This document shows, in pieces, positions 36,357-49,399 of a DNA stretch of 64,000 bases. Source of the DNA: Vicugna vicugna (Eukaryota); NCBI GenBank assembly GCA_013265495.1, contig MU058687.1, positions 2,854,001 through 2,918,000 on the forward strand, read 5' to 3'. Numbering within the stretch: position 1 is the first letter of the stretch; each line of letters begins with the position of its first letter. The notes beneath the pieces are model-generated. The model was not told the DNA's origin, made no database searches, and saw only the letters and a list, made by a program, of their open reading frames with translations. Position numbers and translations under genes: made by a program.

Positions 36357-38378
36357 TATGCTTACTATTTTAAAAAAAATAAAAGTCCAGCTTGAAACAT
36401 CTTCATGGGGAAAAAAAAAGAATTAAAATAAAATCTGTAAAAAGTGACAACAGTCAGTGTAAGTCATCATGTTAACATTTCAAAGAGAAAAAATGATCAT
36501 TTTATTGGATGCAGAAGTGTTTGATAAAATTGAACATCCATTCATGATATAAACTAGGAGTAGAAGCATACTTCTTTAACCGGATAAAGGGTAGCTATAA
36601 AAATTATAGCAAATGTTATGCCTAATGGTGAAACAATAAAAGTTTTCCCTTGAGGTTGGAAACAGACAGTGCTATTGCAAATGGGTTTATTTTCTTAATT
36701 TCATTGTCAGATTCTTCATTAATAAGCTGTATAGAAATACAACTGCTTTTTGTATCTTTTGATCTTGTATCCTGCAACTTTACTCAACTTGTTTATTAGT
36801 TTTAATAGTTTTTTGGTTGATTCTTTAGGATTTCTATGCATAAGAGAATTTCATCTGCAAATGGAGATAGTTTTACTTATTCCTTTCCAATATGAATTTC
36901 TTTCATTTATTTTTCTTGCTTAATTGGATAGAACTGTCAATTAAATGTTGAATAGAAGTAGCAAGAGCTGACATCTTGATGCCTTGTTCTTAATCTTAGG
37001 GGGAAAACTTACAGTCTTTCACCATTAAGTATGATGTTAGCTGTTGGTTTTTCATAGATGTCCTTTATCATGTTGTAGAAATTCCCTTCCTTTGCTACTC
37101 TGCTGAATGTTTTTATCATGAGAGGGTGTTAGATTTTTCCAATGATTTTTCTGCATCTATTGATATGATTATGTGTTTTTTCCCTTCAATCTATTAATAT
37201 GGTAGATTTCATTCATTGGTTTCTGTATGTTAACCATCCTTGCATTACTGGTATAAATCCATTTGATCATGATGTATAGTCTTTTAATATGCCATATCCC
37301 CACATTTATTCTTAATTTTAGTAATTTGAGTTTTCTCTTTTTGTCTTGTTTGCTCTAGCTGAAGGTTTGGCAATTTTGTTGACTTTATAAAAAGCAACAA
37401 CTTTTGGTCTTCTTGATTCTCTCTGTTGTTTTTCTATTCTGTATTTCATTTATCTCTACTCTAATCTTTATTGTTACTTTCTTTCTACTTGTTTTGAGTT
37501 TAGTTTGTTCTTCTTTTTCTGGTTTCTTAAGTTGGAAATACAGGCTATTGATTAGAGATCTTTGCTCTCTTTTTTAATGTAGAAATTTACAAATATAAAA
37601 TTCCCTCTGAGCATTGATTTCATTACAACTCATAAGTTGCATTATATTGTATTTTCATCTTCATTAATCTCAAAAGTCTTCTAATTTCTTTTAGATTTCT
37701 TCTTTAACCCATTGTTTAAGCATGTGTTATTTAATTTCTACATATATATGAGTTTCCAAGATTTCTTTCCATTATTGGAAAGAATTTTATTCCATATGGT
37801 CAGAGAAGATATTTTGTATACTTTCAGTCTTTTTAAACTTATTGAGATTTGTTTTGTGGCCTAATTTATGGTTTATACTGAAGAATGTTCAATACACATT
37901 CTGTTCTCAATACACATTGAGAAGAATATATACACAGCTGTTGTTGGGTGGAGTGTTATACAGAGGTCTGCTAGGGCTAGTTGTTCCCTAATGTTATTCA
38001 AGTCTTCTATGTCTTTTCTGACTTCTAGCTTGTTGTTCTATCCATTATTTAAAGTGGAGTATTAAAGTATTCAACTCTTATTGTCAAACTATCTCCCCCT
38101 TTAATCTTGTCAGTTTGGGCTTCATATATTTTGGTGCTTCTGTGACTAGGTACATATGTTTATAAATGTTATATCTTCATGATAGAGTGACCCTTTTATC
38201 ATTATATGATGTCATTTTTTGTCTCTTGTAACAATTTTGTCTTAAAGTTTATTTTTCTGATATAATATACTCATTCTAACTCCCATTGATTACTGTTTGC
38301 ATGTACTATCTTCTTCCATCTTTTCACTTTGAACCTATTTGTGTCTTTGGAGCTAAAGTGAGACTCTTGTAAATAACT

Positions 38379-39205
38379 TACACCAATCCTTCTCAAACTA
38401 TTCCAAAATATTGAAGAGGAGGGAACATTCCCAAAGTCATTCTATGAAGCCACCATCACCATGATACCAAAACCAGACAAAGACATTACCAAAAAAGGAA
38501 AATTACAGGCCAATATCTTTGACAATAGATGCAAAAATTCTCAACAAAATGTTAGCAAACCAAATCCAACAACACATAAAAAGATCATATACCACAATCA
38601 AGTTGGATTTCTCCCAGGGTAACAAGAATAATTCAATACACACAGATCAATCCATGTGATACAGACATCAACAAAAGAAAAGACAAAAACCACACAATCA
38701 TCTCAGTAGATACACAAAAAGCATTTGATAAAATTCAACATCCATTCATGATAAAAAAAAAAAACTCTCACCAAAGTGGGTATAGAGGGAACATATCTCA
38801 ACATAATAAAAGCTATTTATGACAAACCCACAGCCAGCATAATACTCAACAGTGAAAAGCTGAAAGCCTTTCTACTAAAATCTGGAACAAGACAAGGATG
38901 CCCACTCTCACCACTTATATTCAACATAGTATTTGAAGTCCTAGCCATAGCAATTAGACAAGAAAAAGAAATAAAATGTACCCAAGTTGAAAGGGAAGAG
39001 TTGAAATTGTCATGTGCAGATGACATGATATTTTTATATATAATATATAATATATGTATATAATATATAATTATATATGTGATATATGATATATATGTGT
39101 GTATATTATACATGTATATGTGTATACATATACATATATATCTAAAACCCTAAAGACTCCACACAAAACCTACTAGAACTGATAAATGAATTGAGCAAGA
39201 TAGCA
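38379..39205 (+). mobile_element. L1 ORF2 reverse-transcriptase fragment
   Basis: Translates [46 protein letters not shown]...ADDMI; frameshifted and interrupted by (TA)n. Confidence 0.92.
39030..39140. repeat. Imperfect (TA)n microsatellite inside L1 ORF2
   Basis: Directly visible. Confidence 0.9.
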
Positions 39206-40449
39206 CATGTCTCTTAGCCTCCATTTTTCTTTATTCTTTTCAAACTGAATAATCTCAACTGACCCATCTTCAGGTGTACTGATTCGTTTTTCTGTCTGAA
39301 CAAATCTGTTGAGCTCCATAGTAAATTTTTAAATTTCAGTTATTGTACTTTCAACTCCAGAATTTCTATTTGGCTTCTTATTTATAGTTTCTATCTGTTT
39401 ATTGATATTCTGTATTTGATGAGGCATCCATTCTTATGATTCCTTTAGTCCTTTGCACTTGGTTTCCTTTAACTCTTTGAGCATATTTTAAATGGTTGAT
39501 TTAAAGTATTTTCAATGAAGTCCAATGTCTGAGCTTCCTCAGGAACGATTTCTATTAATTGCTTCTTCTTGTAGTGGGCCATACTTTTTTGTTTCTTTTG
39601 ATGCTTTGAACTTTTTTGTTGAAAACTGGAAATTTTGAATATTATAATGTGGCAGCTCTGGGAATCAGATTCTTCCCCTTTCCAGGGATTGTTGTGCTGC
39701 TTGTTGCAGTAGTTGTTTATTTATTTAATATCTTTTCTGAGCTAATTTTGTAAAAATCTGTATGTTTTGTTGTGTGTGGCCACTGACGTCTCTATTCTAC
39801 TAGCTTTGTGGCTGGCTAGTCATTGGACAGAAATTTCTTTAAACATCTGAAACAACAACAGCAAAAATATCTCCCAGTCTCTGCAGACGGGCTCTGTGTT
39901 TGTGTTGGGGCATCCTTTCAAAACTCAGCCAGTAGTTCACAACTCTGCCTTCACCTTCACTTTCCACATGCATAGAGACTGAAGGTCAGCCAGAGGTGAG
40001 AGCTTAGGAACTTCTTAAGTCTTTCCAGAACATGAGCCCAGCCCTGAGGAGTATGTTTGCCCTCTAAATTCCCAGGTATATGTTAGAGCTTTTCAAAATC
40101 CTTATTCCCCAAAGGATTTCCCAGCTTTTCTTCTCAAGCTTTTTGGTTTAGTCTATTTTTGCCCCAACTGTTGTCCAGTACCCTTCAACTGTTGTTCAAT
40201 ACCCTAGGCAACAGTGATTGACTCACTGGCCTTTAAATGTTTTCAACAAATGCGTCCAGGTAGCTACCTCAGCAATGGGAGAATTATGAGTTAGGTGAGA
40301 TAAAGGCAAGGCTTTTGAGCTAATCCTCCTGGGAGCCACCAAACAGCTAAAAAAAATTAACAGTAGTGTTTTCAAAGAATAGGATCAGTACTGCTAGCCT
40401 CTCACTGCTGGTACTAGGAATGCAGGCTGTTGGCACCTGGAAAAGTTAA

Positions 40450-42300
40450 ACACTGTAAACCATGTTCAGGATCTAGACAAGAAAAACTACAAAACTCTGA
40501 TAAAAAAATAAAAGAACAACTACATGGAGAGATATTCCATGTTCATGAATGAGAGGACTCAATATTGTAAAGATGTGAGTTCTTCCCAACTTGATCTATA
40601 GATTCAACTCAATCCCAATAAAAATCTCAGCAAGTCATTTTGTGGACATTGAAAAAATAGTTCTAAATTTTTATATGGAGGGGAAAAAAGACTGATAACA
40701 GCAAGCATAATATTAAAAGAAAAGAACAAATTTAAAGAATTGAAACTACCTGACTTTAAGACTTACTATAAAGCTACAATGATCAAGACAGTGTGGTATT
40801 GGGGAAAGAACAGGCAGATAGATCAATGGAACAGAATTAAAAGCCCAGAAATAGATTCACATTAATATGGTGAAGTGATCTATAATGAAGGAGCAAAGGC
40901 AATATAATAGAACACAGATAGTTTTTTCAACAAATGGGGCTAGAACAACTGAACATCCCCATGACAAAAAAATGAATCTAGACACAGATCTTATATCCTT
41001 CACAAAAAAACTGACTCAAAAATAGATAATAGAGCTAAAATTCAAACTATAAAGCTCCTAGAAGATAACACAGAAGAAAAGCTTGATGACCATTGATATG
41101 ATGATGACTTTTTGGATACAACACCAAAGGCGTGATCCATGGAAGAAAGATCTGTTAAGCTAGGCTTGATTAAAACTTCTTCTCTGTGAAAGACACTATC
41201 AAGAGAACAAGAAGATGAGCCATATACTGGGGAAATTATTTGCAACAGCCATAGCTGATAAAGAATTGCTATCCAAAATGTATAAAGAATTTTTAAAAAT
41301 CAAAAAGAAGAAAATGAATAACCTGATTTAAAAATGGGCAAAAGGCCTGAACAGAAACCTCACAAATGAAGATATATAGGGGACAATAAGCACATAAAAA
41401 GATGTTCAACATCATCTGTTACGAGTGAATTGCAAGTTATAACAGCAGTTAGGTATCATGGCACCGCTATTAGAATGACTGAAATCCAGAACACTGACAA
41501 ATATCAAATGCTGTCAAGGATGTGGAGCAACAGGAACTCTCATCCATTGCTGGTGGGAGTCAAAATAGTATAGCCACTTTGGAGGAATTTGGCAGTTTCT
41601 TACAAAACTAAACATATTGTTATCATATGATCTAGCAATTGGACTCCTTAATATTTACCCAAATGAGCTGAAAACTTATGTCCACACAAAAACTTTCACA
41701 TGGATGTTCATGAAGCTTTATTCATAATTGCCAAAACTTGAAAGTAGCCAAGATATCCTTCATGGGTGAATGGATAAATTAGCTAAGGTACATCCAGACA
41801 ATGGAATATTGTTTACCACTAAAAGGAAATGAACTATTGTGCCATGAAAAGACATGTAGGAAACTTAAATGCATATCACTAAGTGAAAGAAGCATCTGAA
41901 AAGGCTACATACTATATTATTCCAACTATATGACATTCTTGAAAAGGCAAAATCATGGACATAGTAAAAGAATCAATGGTGGAGAGGAGAGAGAGAGATG
42001 AACAGACAGAGCAGAGAAGATTTTTAGGGCAGTACAACTGCTCTGATGATATTATAATGGTGGATATATGTCAGTACACATTTGTCAGAACCACTAGGAT
42101 GTACAAGACCAAGAGTGAATCCTAATGTAAATTATGGTCTTTGTATGAAAACGATGTGACAAGGTAAGTTCATTGACGGTAACAAATGTACCACTCTGGT
42201 GGGGGATTTTGATAGTGAGGAGGCTGAGCACATGGGGGGCACGGGGAAATCTCTGCTCAATTTTGCCTTGAGCCTAAAACTACTCTGAAAAAGGAAGTGT
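40450..42300 (+). mobile_element. L1MC1-like ORF2 3' half and 3'UTR
   Basis: ORF2 motifs, then ccaagagtgaatcctaatgtaaattatgg...aacaaatgtaccactctggtggggg...gctcaattttgc...cctaaaactactct. Confidence 0.8.
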
Positions 42301-42319
42301 ATAAAAATACTATGAAGCT

Positions 42320-42394
42320 GACTGGGACATTGTGCTGTACACCAGAAATTGACACATTGTAACTGAACATACTTCAATTTTTAAAAAATGAAAA
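42320..42394 (+). mobile_element. Young L1 3' stub
   Basis: gactgggacattgtgctgtacaccagaaattgacacattgtaactga...A tail; 17-bp TSD AAAAATAC(T/C)ATGAAGCT at 42303 and 42395. Confidence 0.8.
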
Positions 42395-43957
42395 AAAAAT
42401 ACCATGAAGCTTTCTTACTGAGATTCAGCTGGGTTTTTTCCCCCTCAGTTTACATTCCCTGGTTCTGCAAGCCTTTGATTAGTTTCCCGAGTTCCAAAAA
42501 AGTTGACTCTGATACCGCTTTTTTTTTTTTTTGCCACTTTATTCATTGCGTTTGAGGAGGGGCAGACTTTTGGAGTTACCTACTCTGCCAGTTTCACTGA
42601 CATCCTTCCATATAGGTTTTAGACTTAAATGTAAAATGCAAAAAACTTCAAACTTGTAGAAGATAGTACAGAAGAATGTCTTCAAGTCCTCAGGGCCAGG
42701 AAATATTTTTTTAAAATATGATATAAAGAGATAGATAAATTGTACTAAACTAAAATGTATAACTCTTGTTTATCTGAGAACACCATAGACTGAAAAGGCA
42801 AGTCACAAAATAGGAGCAGATATTTGCAAGGATTTGTAGTATCTTTCAAATCAATTAGAAAGACAGCCCAATTTTTTAAAAATGGACAAAAGACTTGAAT
42901 AGGTACCTCCCAAAAAGGAACTCCAAATGTCCAATAAATATATGACCATATACCTCATCTCATCAATAAATCATGAAAGGCATATTAAAACCACAATGAG
43001 ACACCACTAAAACCCCACGAGGATGGTAACAATTAAAGACCATCAATGCTAAATATCAGAAAGGATGTGGAGCACCAGAAGCTCTCACCCACTGCTGGTG
43101 GAGGTACACACTGGTACAACCCTACTTTGGAAAACATCTTAGCATTAATGAGAAAAGCTGAAGATGCACATCCCAGTGTGGATGAGCACCCCGACAACTT
43201 CACTCTTGGTCTAAGAAACTCGAGTACATGTATACCAGGCATACTGGCATTGTTTTGGAAAACAAACTAAGGAACAAAAATCTGTTAATAACCCTAATTT
43301 CCACTAACCAGGATCAATTAATTATGGCAGAGTCAAGCAGTGGAGTACCATGCAGCAGTAACAGTGAATAAACTACAACTGCATGCCACAACTTGGATGA
43401 ATCTTTAAAATATAATGTTAACTAAAAGAAGCCCAACATGAAGTATATATAGATTCAGATTCCATTAGGGTCCACTTGAAAAAGAGACCCAACCAAACTC
43501 TATTGATTAAGAATGAATAATCAGGTGGTAAAAGTATAAAGAAGTGAAGATTACCATTAAGGTCAAGACAGGGATGTCTCTGGGTGCAGGGACAGGTAGA
43601 GGAGAAAGGGGCGTGCCGGGGCAACAACACAGGGAAATGTCAGGTTCTAGTTCTTGATTTGGGTAGTGGTTCCATAAGTGCTTTATGATTATTTGTTATA
43701 GCGCTCATTTCTGTATGTGTATTATATTTCACAAAGTTAATAAAGGTTGTAGAACAAAGAAACTGTTCATTACTGGGAACAGAGGCCTACTCCCAGATAC
43801 AGCGGAGCTGCTTTCAGAAGTCTGGCCATGGAGACGAGATCCTCACTTTGTAACCCAGAAGAAGCCCAACAGATAAACCATATTTCTGCCCCACAAGGAT
43901 CTGCTTGAGGGAGATCTGTAGTTTCAATAAATATCAACATAAGGACCAAAGTATTCT

Positions 43958-44077
43958 TTTTTTAAATTTATTTTTATCGAGGTAACATTGGTTTATAACA
44001 TTATATGTTTCATGTATACATTATATTTCTACTTCAGTATATGTTATAGGATGCTTGCCACTGACAATTTAGTTTTT
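43958..44077 (-). mobile_element. Truncated L1 3' end
   Basis: T tail then atcgaggtaacattggtttataacatt; TSD-like aagt(a/g)ttcttt on both sides. Confidence 0.65.
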
Positions 44078-46078
44078 AAGTGTTCTTTGATGACCTAACT
44101 CTGCAGGGCATCAGCTAATCTTAAGACAGAACTGAGGTGAGCTTGTGCAGATTTCAAACCTCCAGATCCGTGCTGGCAATGCTCAGTTTAGCTCAGTTCT
44201 GGATGAGGAAACCCCATCTCTCTAATGGGTCTCCAGTGTTCCAGCGCAACAGTGGTGCTTCCTTTGTGATGTCATCAGCATCTCCACTGACCCGGCTCAT
44301 CAGAAGTTTCCAATATTGATCACTGGTAGTGGCTGTTGTTGGTAATTGACGGTGACCTCTCACCAGTTATGAATTTCCCCTCTTCCAGGACAGAAGTACT
44401 AGTAAAAGTGGCTGCTGCTAGCTAAGACCATCTACCTGGCGGGGCCTTGGTGAGTGGGGATCCAGCCTGAAGCCAGGTAAGGAAGGGCAGGGAGGCCGGG
44501 GCTGCCCCAGCAGAGGGAAGACCTAGATTCTCTGCCATGAAGATCACATGGTTAAAGGGCCCTGACTTCCCCACTCCGGCCCCACCAGCTTCCAGTGGGG
44601 GTTAGGGCTGTGTGTCTGGACCTAAGACTGAGGCCTTGTCCTCTCTTAAAATCCACAACTCTATGTCTGGTTGGACTGAGGACACTGAAAAAAAAATTGT
44701 TTTCCATCCCAATACATTGCTCCCCTACCGTCTGCACAGGAAATCAAATTCCCTTCTGTTTGGAAAGGCAGATTACAGTGTGTGACAGAAGCCCAAGCTC
44801 CCAAAATAGACTTACTTTCTTGGAGAGTCTTGATCTTACTCTTGGGGACAGGAGATACCCTAGAGTATCTGGATTGTCACTTAAAATATAAATAGTGATG
44901 TGGTTCTGCCTTGAAAAACACTGTCCCTGTCAGTGGCATACACTTACTTCTGGATTCTGTAGCAGAATCTGTATACCCTCAGGGCCATTACCTCCAAAAC
45001 CACTTAACCCCTACCTAGCAGTCCCGCCCAGCACCAGGCCTCGGGATAATGGGGACACTAGTATAGCTCTCCTGCCTCAAAGCCTAAAATCCCAGGAGCC
45101 AAACTGATGTGAAGCAAACAGTGAGCCCACCTAGCTGACTCTTTCCTGGGCCTCCAACCTTTACCCTCTCATTTTGTGTTTTCCTGAACATCTCAGCTGG
45201 ACGGTGCAGAAAGGTCATGCACGTTGTTTAGGTTGCGTACAGTTGTGTTTGTTTTTGGAATTACAACCAGTTCTGCAGTGAAAATCCTGTGCATGTTGAT
45301 CTGGTGAGTTAGGGAAGTATTCCTGATAAAATGATTTCTAGACAACAGGGGTAGGGTCAGTGTGGGCTCATAACACTTTTGGCTGTGAGGGCTGTGCCCC
45401 TGCAGATCTTCACCAGGATGTTCTGGGACCTCAGGCAATATCACTGATCAATATTCTACATCAGCTGGTGGAACCTTTCTAAATTCTGGCACCTAAGGTA
45501 ACAAAGACTTCATCCTCTTAGTCATCAAGAAATATTTTTTTGAGTCAGCACTGTGATAGATACTAGGAATAAAAAGTAAAAGGAGATACAATCTGATCTT
45601 AAAAGGGTTTATAATCTAGTGGTGGAGAAGGTAAATATCAATGAATCAAAATTACTACTTTCTGACCCGCCAGGAGAGGTTTCATTTTGAATGGCTGAGT
45701 TGTCTGAATGCTGAAGGTTTCTACCCTTAAGCATGTAAGTTTTATTTCATGTTAACCATTTTTGATCAGAAGTATTTTCTAAGTATACCACATAATTGCT
45801 TTCCTTTTAAAATAAAACAGTCATCAGAATTCACTTTGTTGTAATGATTCAGGATTGTTATTCTGAGCATTTCCAACGTTATCCTGTAATATAATGGTGC
45901 CCCCAAGGCCTCTTGGTGTGTTCCTAAACTAAATGACTCAAAACTTCTGAGTTTGTTCTATCTCCTCTTACTCTAGACTTTTGCTAATTTCACTGTGCTT
46001 GCTTTTTTATAAGTCCTTTCTCCTTCCAGTATGCTCCTGCTCATCTGCTGTGGGCTTGAAAAATCAGGAAACAAGGTT

Positions 46079-46506
46079 TATCATTTAGGCTATTGGTTCA
46101 GCTGCTGTCACAGAGACCAAGGTGCAAAGAGTCCAGGGCTCTTCTCCTTTTGGTTAACATGAAACTCAAGTTCTCAAAGTCTTGTTGATTGGCCAACTTT
46201 ACAGTGTGGTCCTAGGGTTGCCCCCCATCTCCATCTCCATGTCCATGGTCCAGTCTGCACAAGGGAAAAGATGAAGTCGGAAACAAGCAGCTTCCTTTTA
46301 AGAATGTGGCCCAGAAATGAAACAAATCACTTCCACTCACCTCCCATTGGCTGTAACTTAGTTCCACAGCTGCACCTGGCTGCAAGGGAGGCTGGGATAT
46401 GTAGTCTTTAGCAGGGTAGCCATGTATCCAGGTTTAACTTTGGAAGCTCTACTGCTCAAAGAGGGAGAGAAAGGATATTAGTGGACACTTAGCAGTCTCT
46501 GCCACA
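46079..46506 (-). mobile_element. MLT1J solo LTR
   Basis: Ends in cagtctctgccaca (reverse of the TGTGGCAGAGACTG LTR start); internal tgcaagggaggctggga. Confidence 0.8.
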
Positions 46507-46795
46507 CCGGATCTGTTGAAACTTTGTGTAGAGTAACTTAGGTGGGCTGTCACGGAAGACACAAGGTACTCTTCTGCAGAAAAAGCATCTGATTTTGACA
46601 GTTAACAGTTCCATCTGTTTGGGTTGCTCAGAAGGTTGCTCTGGATTATGTGTGCAGATAAGACACTGGAAGTTAAGAAAGCAGTCATGAAGACAGTAAT
46701 GCTCATCATCTTTCAAAGATCCTTCACCCAAATCCACACAAGTGAGAGCATAAAAAATGTTCTCAGCAGCCACAGGCCAGAGGCACCTTTCTTTG

Positions 46796-46862
46796 TTTTT
46801 TTGTTTTGTTTTGTTTTGTTTTTTAACATTTTTTATTGATTTATAATCATTTTACAATGTTG
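46796..46862 (-). mobile_element. 67-bp very young L1 3' stub
   Basis: Reverse reads caacattgtaaaatgattataaatcaataaaaaatgtt plus (AAAAC)n tail; perfect 16-bp TSD GAGGCACCTTTCTTTG. Confidence 0.85.
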
Positions 46863-47504
46863 GAGGCACCTTTCTTTGAAAGCCTCTCAAGACCACAAAG
46901 CCTCAGCTACTCATTCTCACATACTTTCACACCTTTACGATGCACCTCCTACCAGCCTGACACTGATCTGGGTCTTGGTGTTCAGTTGGTTGAGACATGG
47001 GTTCATCTCTTTGACTGTCTCACCCTACAGCCCACCTGGCATTTCCGTGGGCTCTCCTTCCTACTCTTCTGTATCTCACTTTATTGTACATCCTTAATGC
47101 CTATCAGGTCTCACCTCCAGGAACTGGAGTGGATTGGATGTGGGCTCAAAAATTTTATCCCGCGGCTGTGTTCAAAACCTTTCCATGGCTCCCTTCCACC
47201 TATTAAGTCGAGCCTTGTGTGTGAGGTCTTTTAAGACCTGCTTCTAGCCTCCCATTCCAGCCTCAGCTCCCAGCAGAGGGCGTGTTCAGGGATCTGGCTC
47301 ATCCGAGAAGGCTGGTGCATAGGGTCTGGGTGGATGGCACTTTGGCAAAGGGGGTTGGAGAGCTGCTGACGCCAGCTCCAGGTCTGGGTAGAATACCCAC
47401 TACCCAGTCTCCTCACAGGACACTAGGTCAAGAATGCCTAGAAATTTCAGTGCTAGAGTCTCTCCTCCATTCTATATAGATCCTTCCAGGAAGGAAGAGG
47501 TTAA

Positions 47505-48125
47505 CATTGACCAGGCATCTTCTGTTTGTGAAAAACTGAGCTAAGCATCTTACATGCATTTTATATTCACAGTAACTCTATAAGGTAGGTACTATTATTG
47601 AACTCCTTTTATTTGCATTATGGTACCTGTTTTACAGATGTGAAAATTAAAATCAGAGTGCTTAAGTATCTAGTACAAGGTTACCCAGCTAGTAAGAGAA
47701 AGAGCCAGATTTGAACCAAGGTTCAACTACATTCAAAGACCATGTTCTTTTCACTTAACACAGGGCCTTTCTAAAGGAACAGCTATTACCCCCATACACA
47801 AGACCCTTAGTCTTTCCAGCCTGGAGTGAGACACTAGTTCAGTGATGAGGAAGCAGAAAAAGAGAGGACAAGCCACTTTTGTCCAAGTTTTACTCTCTCC
47901 CACCAGTACCAGAACACCAGCAGCAACATATTTAATATTTAACATTTACTGAGCATCTACATTGTATACAATATCTCATTTCAACCTCACAACCACTCTT
48001 TAAAGTTGTTATCATTATTACCCCCATTTTGCATAAGCAAAGAATGAAGCTCAGAGAGGTGAAGTCCCATATTTAGATGGCCCAGCTGGGATTCGAATCT
48101 AGGCAGCTAAGAGTTCTTAAACACT
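47505..48125 (-). mobile_element. Two tandem MIR copies
   Basis: ttttacagatgtgaaaatt...caaggttacccagctagtaag...gatttgaacc; ccccattttgca...gaagctcagagaggtgaagt...ggattcgaatctaggcag. Confidence 0.75.
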
Positions 48126-49399
48126 GTTTTCGTACTTATCTGGTTTATCTTTGTTCCCACCAGCCTTTATCCTAGAAGAGAAGGAAGGAAATGTTGGGGC
48201 CAGAGGGGCCTTAGACCCCAACTAGCCCAGCCCTCTCAGTATTACAGATGAGAGGGAAAAACAAAGTCAGGGTCACCCAAGATTGCACATCACTCTAGCA
48301 GCTAAGCCAGGGCTAAAACCCAGACCCCTGATGCCCTGTTGCCTGTGCGTAATAGACATCCCAAATCCTTCCTGTCCCTTGAATGAATAAGTAAATAAGT
48401 AAATGGGTGAATTAGTGAAGAAATGGACAGATCTTGCCAGAATGCCTTCTGGCTCACTTTGGACTTTCAGGGCACAGCTGGGTCAGAAGACCCAGGGCAT
48501 GGGGGATAAGGGAGCAGGTGCAGGGTAGTGGGAGACAGAACCAGGGTGTGTCAGCCTGAAGGGAGTGCTGTGCTGCTTGTTACGGGGAACCAACCCATGA
48601 AAGCCTATCTATCCTTTGAACTTCCCCCTGCCCCTGGGCGTCTCATGACCTTACATTCACACTGCTTCCTCTATGGCCTTCTTAGCACATTGCTAACAAC
48701 TCTGTCAATATCTTACCCCATTACACAACTGTTGAAAGAGGGTCACTTTCAAAGACTGGAGAGCACCCTGCCTCTCCCATTTAGCTATTGTACTGCAATT
48801 ATTGGATAACGTCTATTAAATAAACGTGCCTAGGCTTCTTTCTGGGAGAGAGAAGAGTGGCTGTTTACCACTGCCCCTTACTTTGCACACGGATGTTTAG
48901 GGGTTTAAACACTGGCACTGACCCCAGGGTCAAAACTAGTGTCTTCAGCAGAGCTTCCAGGACTTTGATGAAACTGGAGACCCACAGTACTGTGGCCCAA
49001 GGCAAATTGGGCATGACCCAGACCACTCCCTTGGGCCTCCCGGGCAGGGCTGCGGCCAGTTTGTATATCTTCCCTTTGCTGGCGAAGAAGGAGGCGGAAC
49101 TGGGTACCAGCCACTAAGCTGGTGCCAGGAGCTGGTCCCTGGGAGGGGCCCATAGCTCCTACCTTTGTGTGGTGGTGTGTCTTTTCTTGGTTTGGCTGGG
49201 GGCTAAGGAGGGTTGAAAGGGTACGTCCCTCAGAGGAGAGCTTGAAGTGGGGGTGTGGGCTGTATGGTGGGCAGAGAGTAGCAGACAGCTGCCGGGGCCC
49301 AGAGCATCGGAGGATGCTGGAGTGACTGCAGCAAGGGACCGGCAGCCTTGTATATTTGCAATGGTAATTTGCAGATGGTTCCTGGTGGTAGCTACAAGG

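Larger units (their letters stand above)
32860..43745. mobile_element. Nested L1 block (~11 kb; several subfamilies, both orientations, all decayed)
   Basis: Continuous A-rich/T-rich segments with recognisable ORF1, ORF2 and 3'UTR pieces; no long ORF. Confidence 0.9.

Noticed and set aside
38776..39063. Reverse-transcriptase-like ORF as a functional gene or novel RT system
   Set aside because: Ordinary L1 ORF2 fragment, frameshifted, truncated and broken by a (TA)n repeat.
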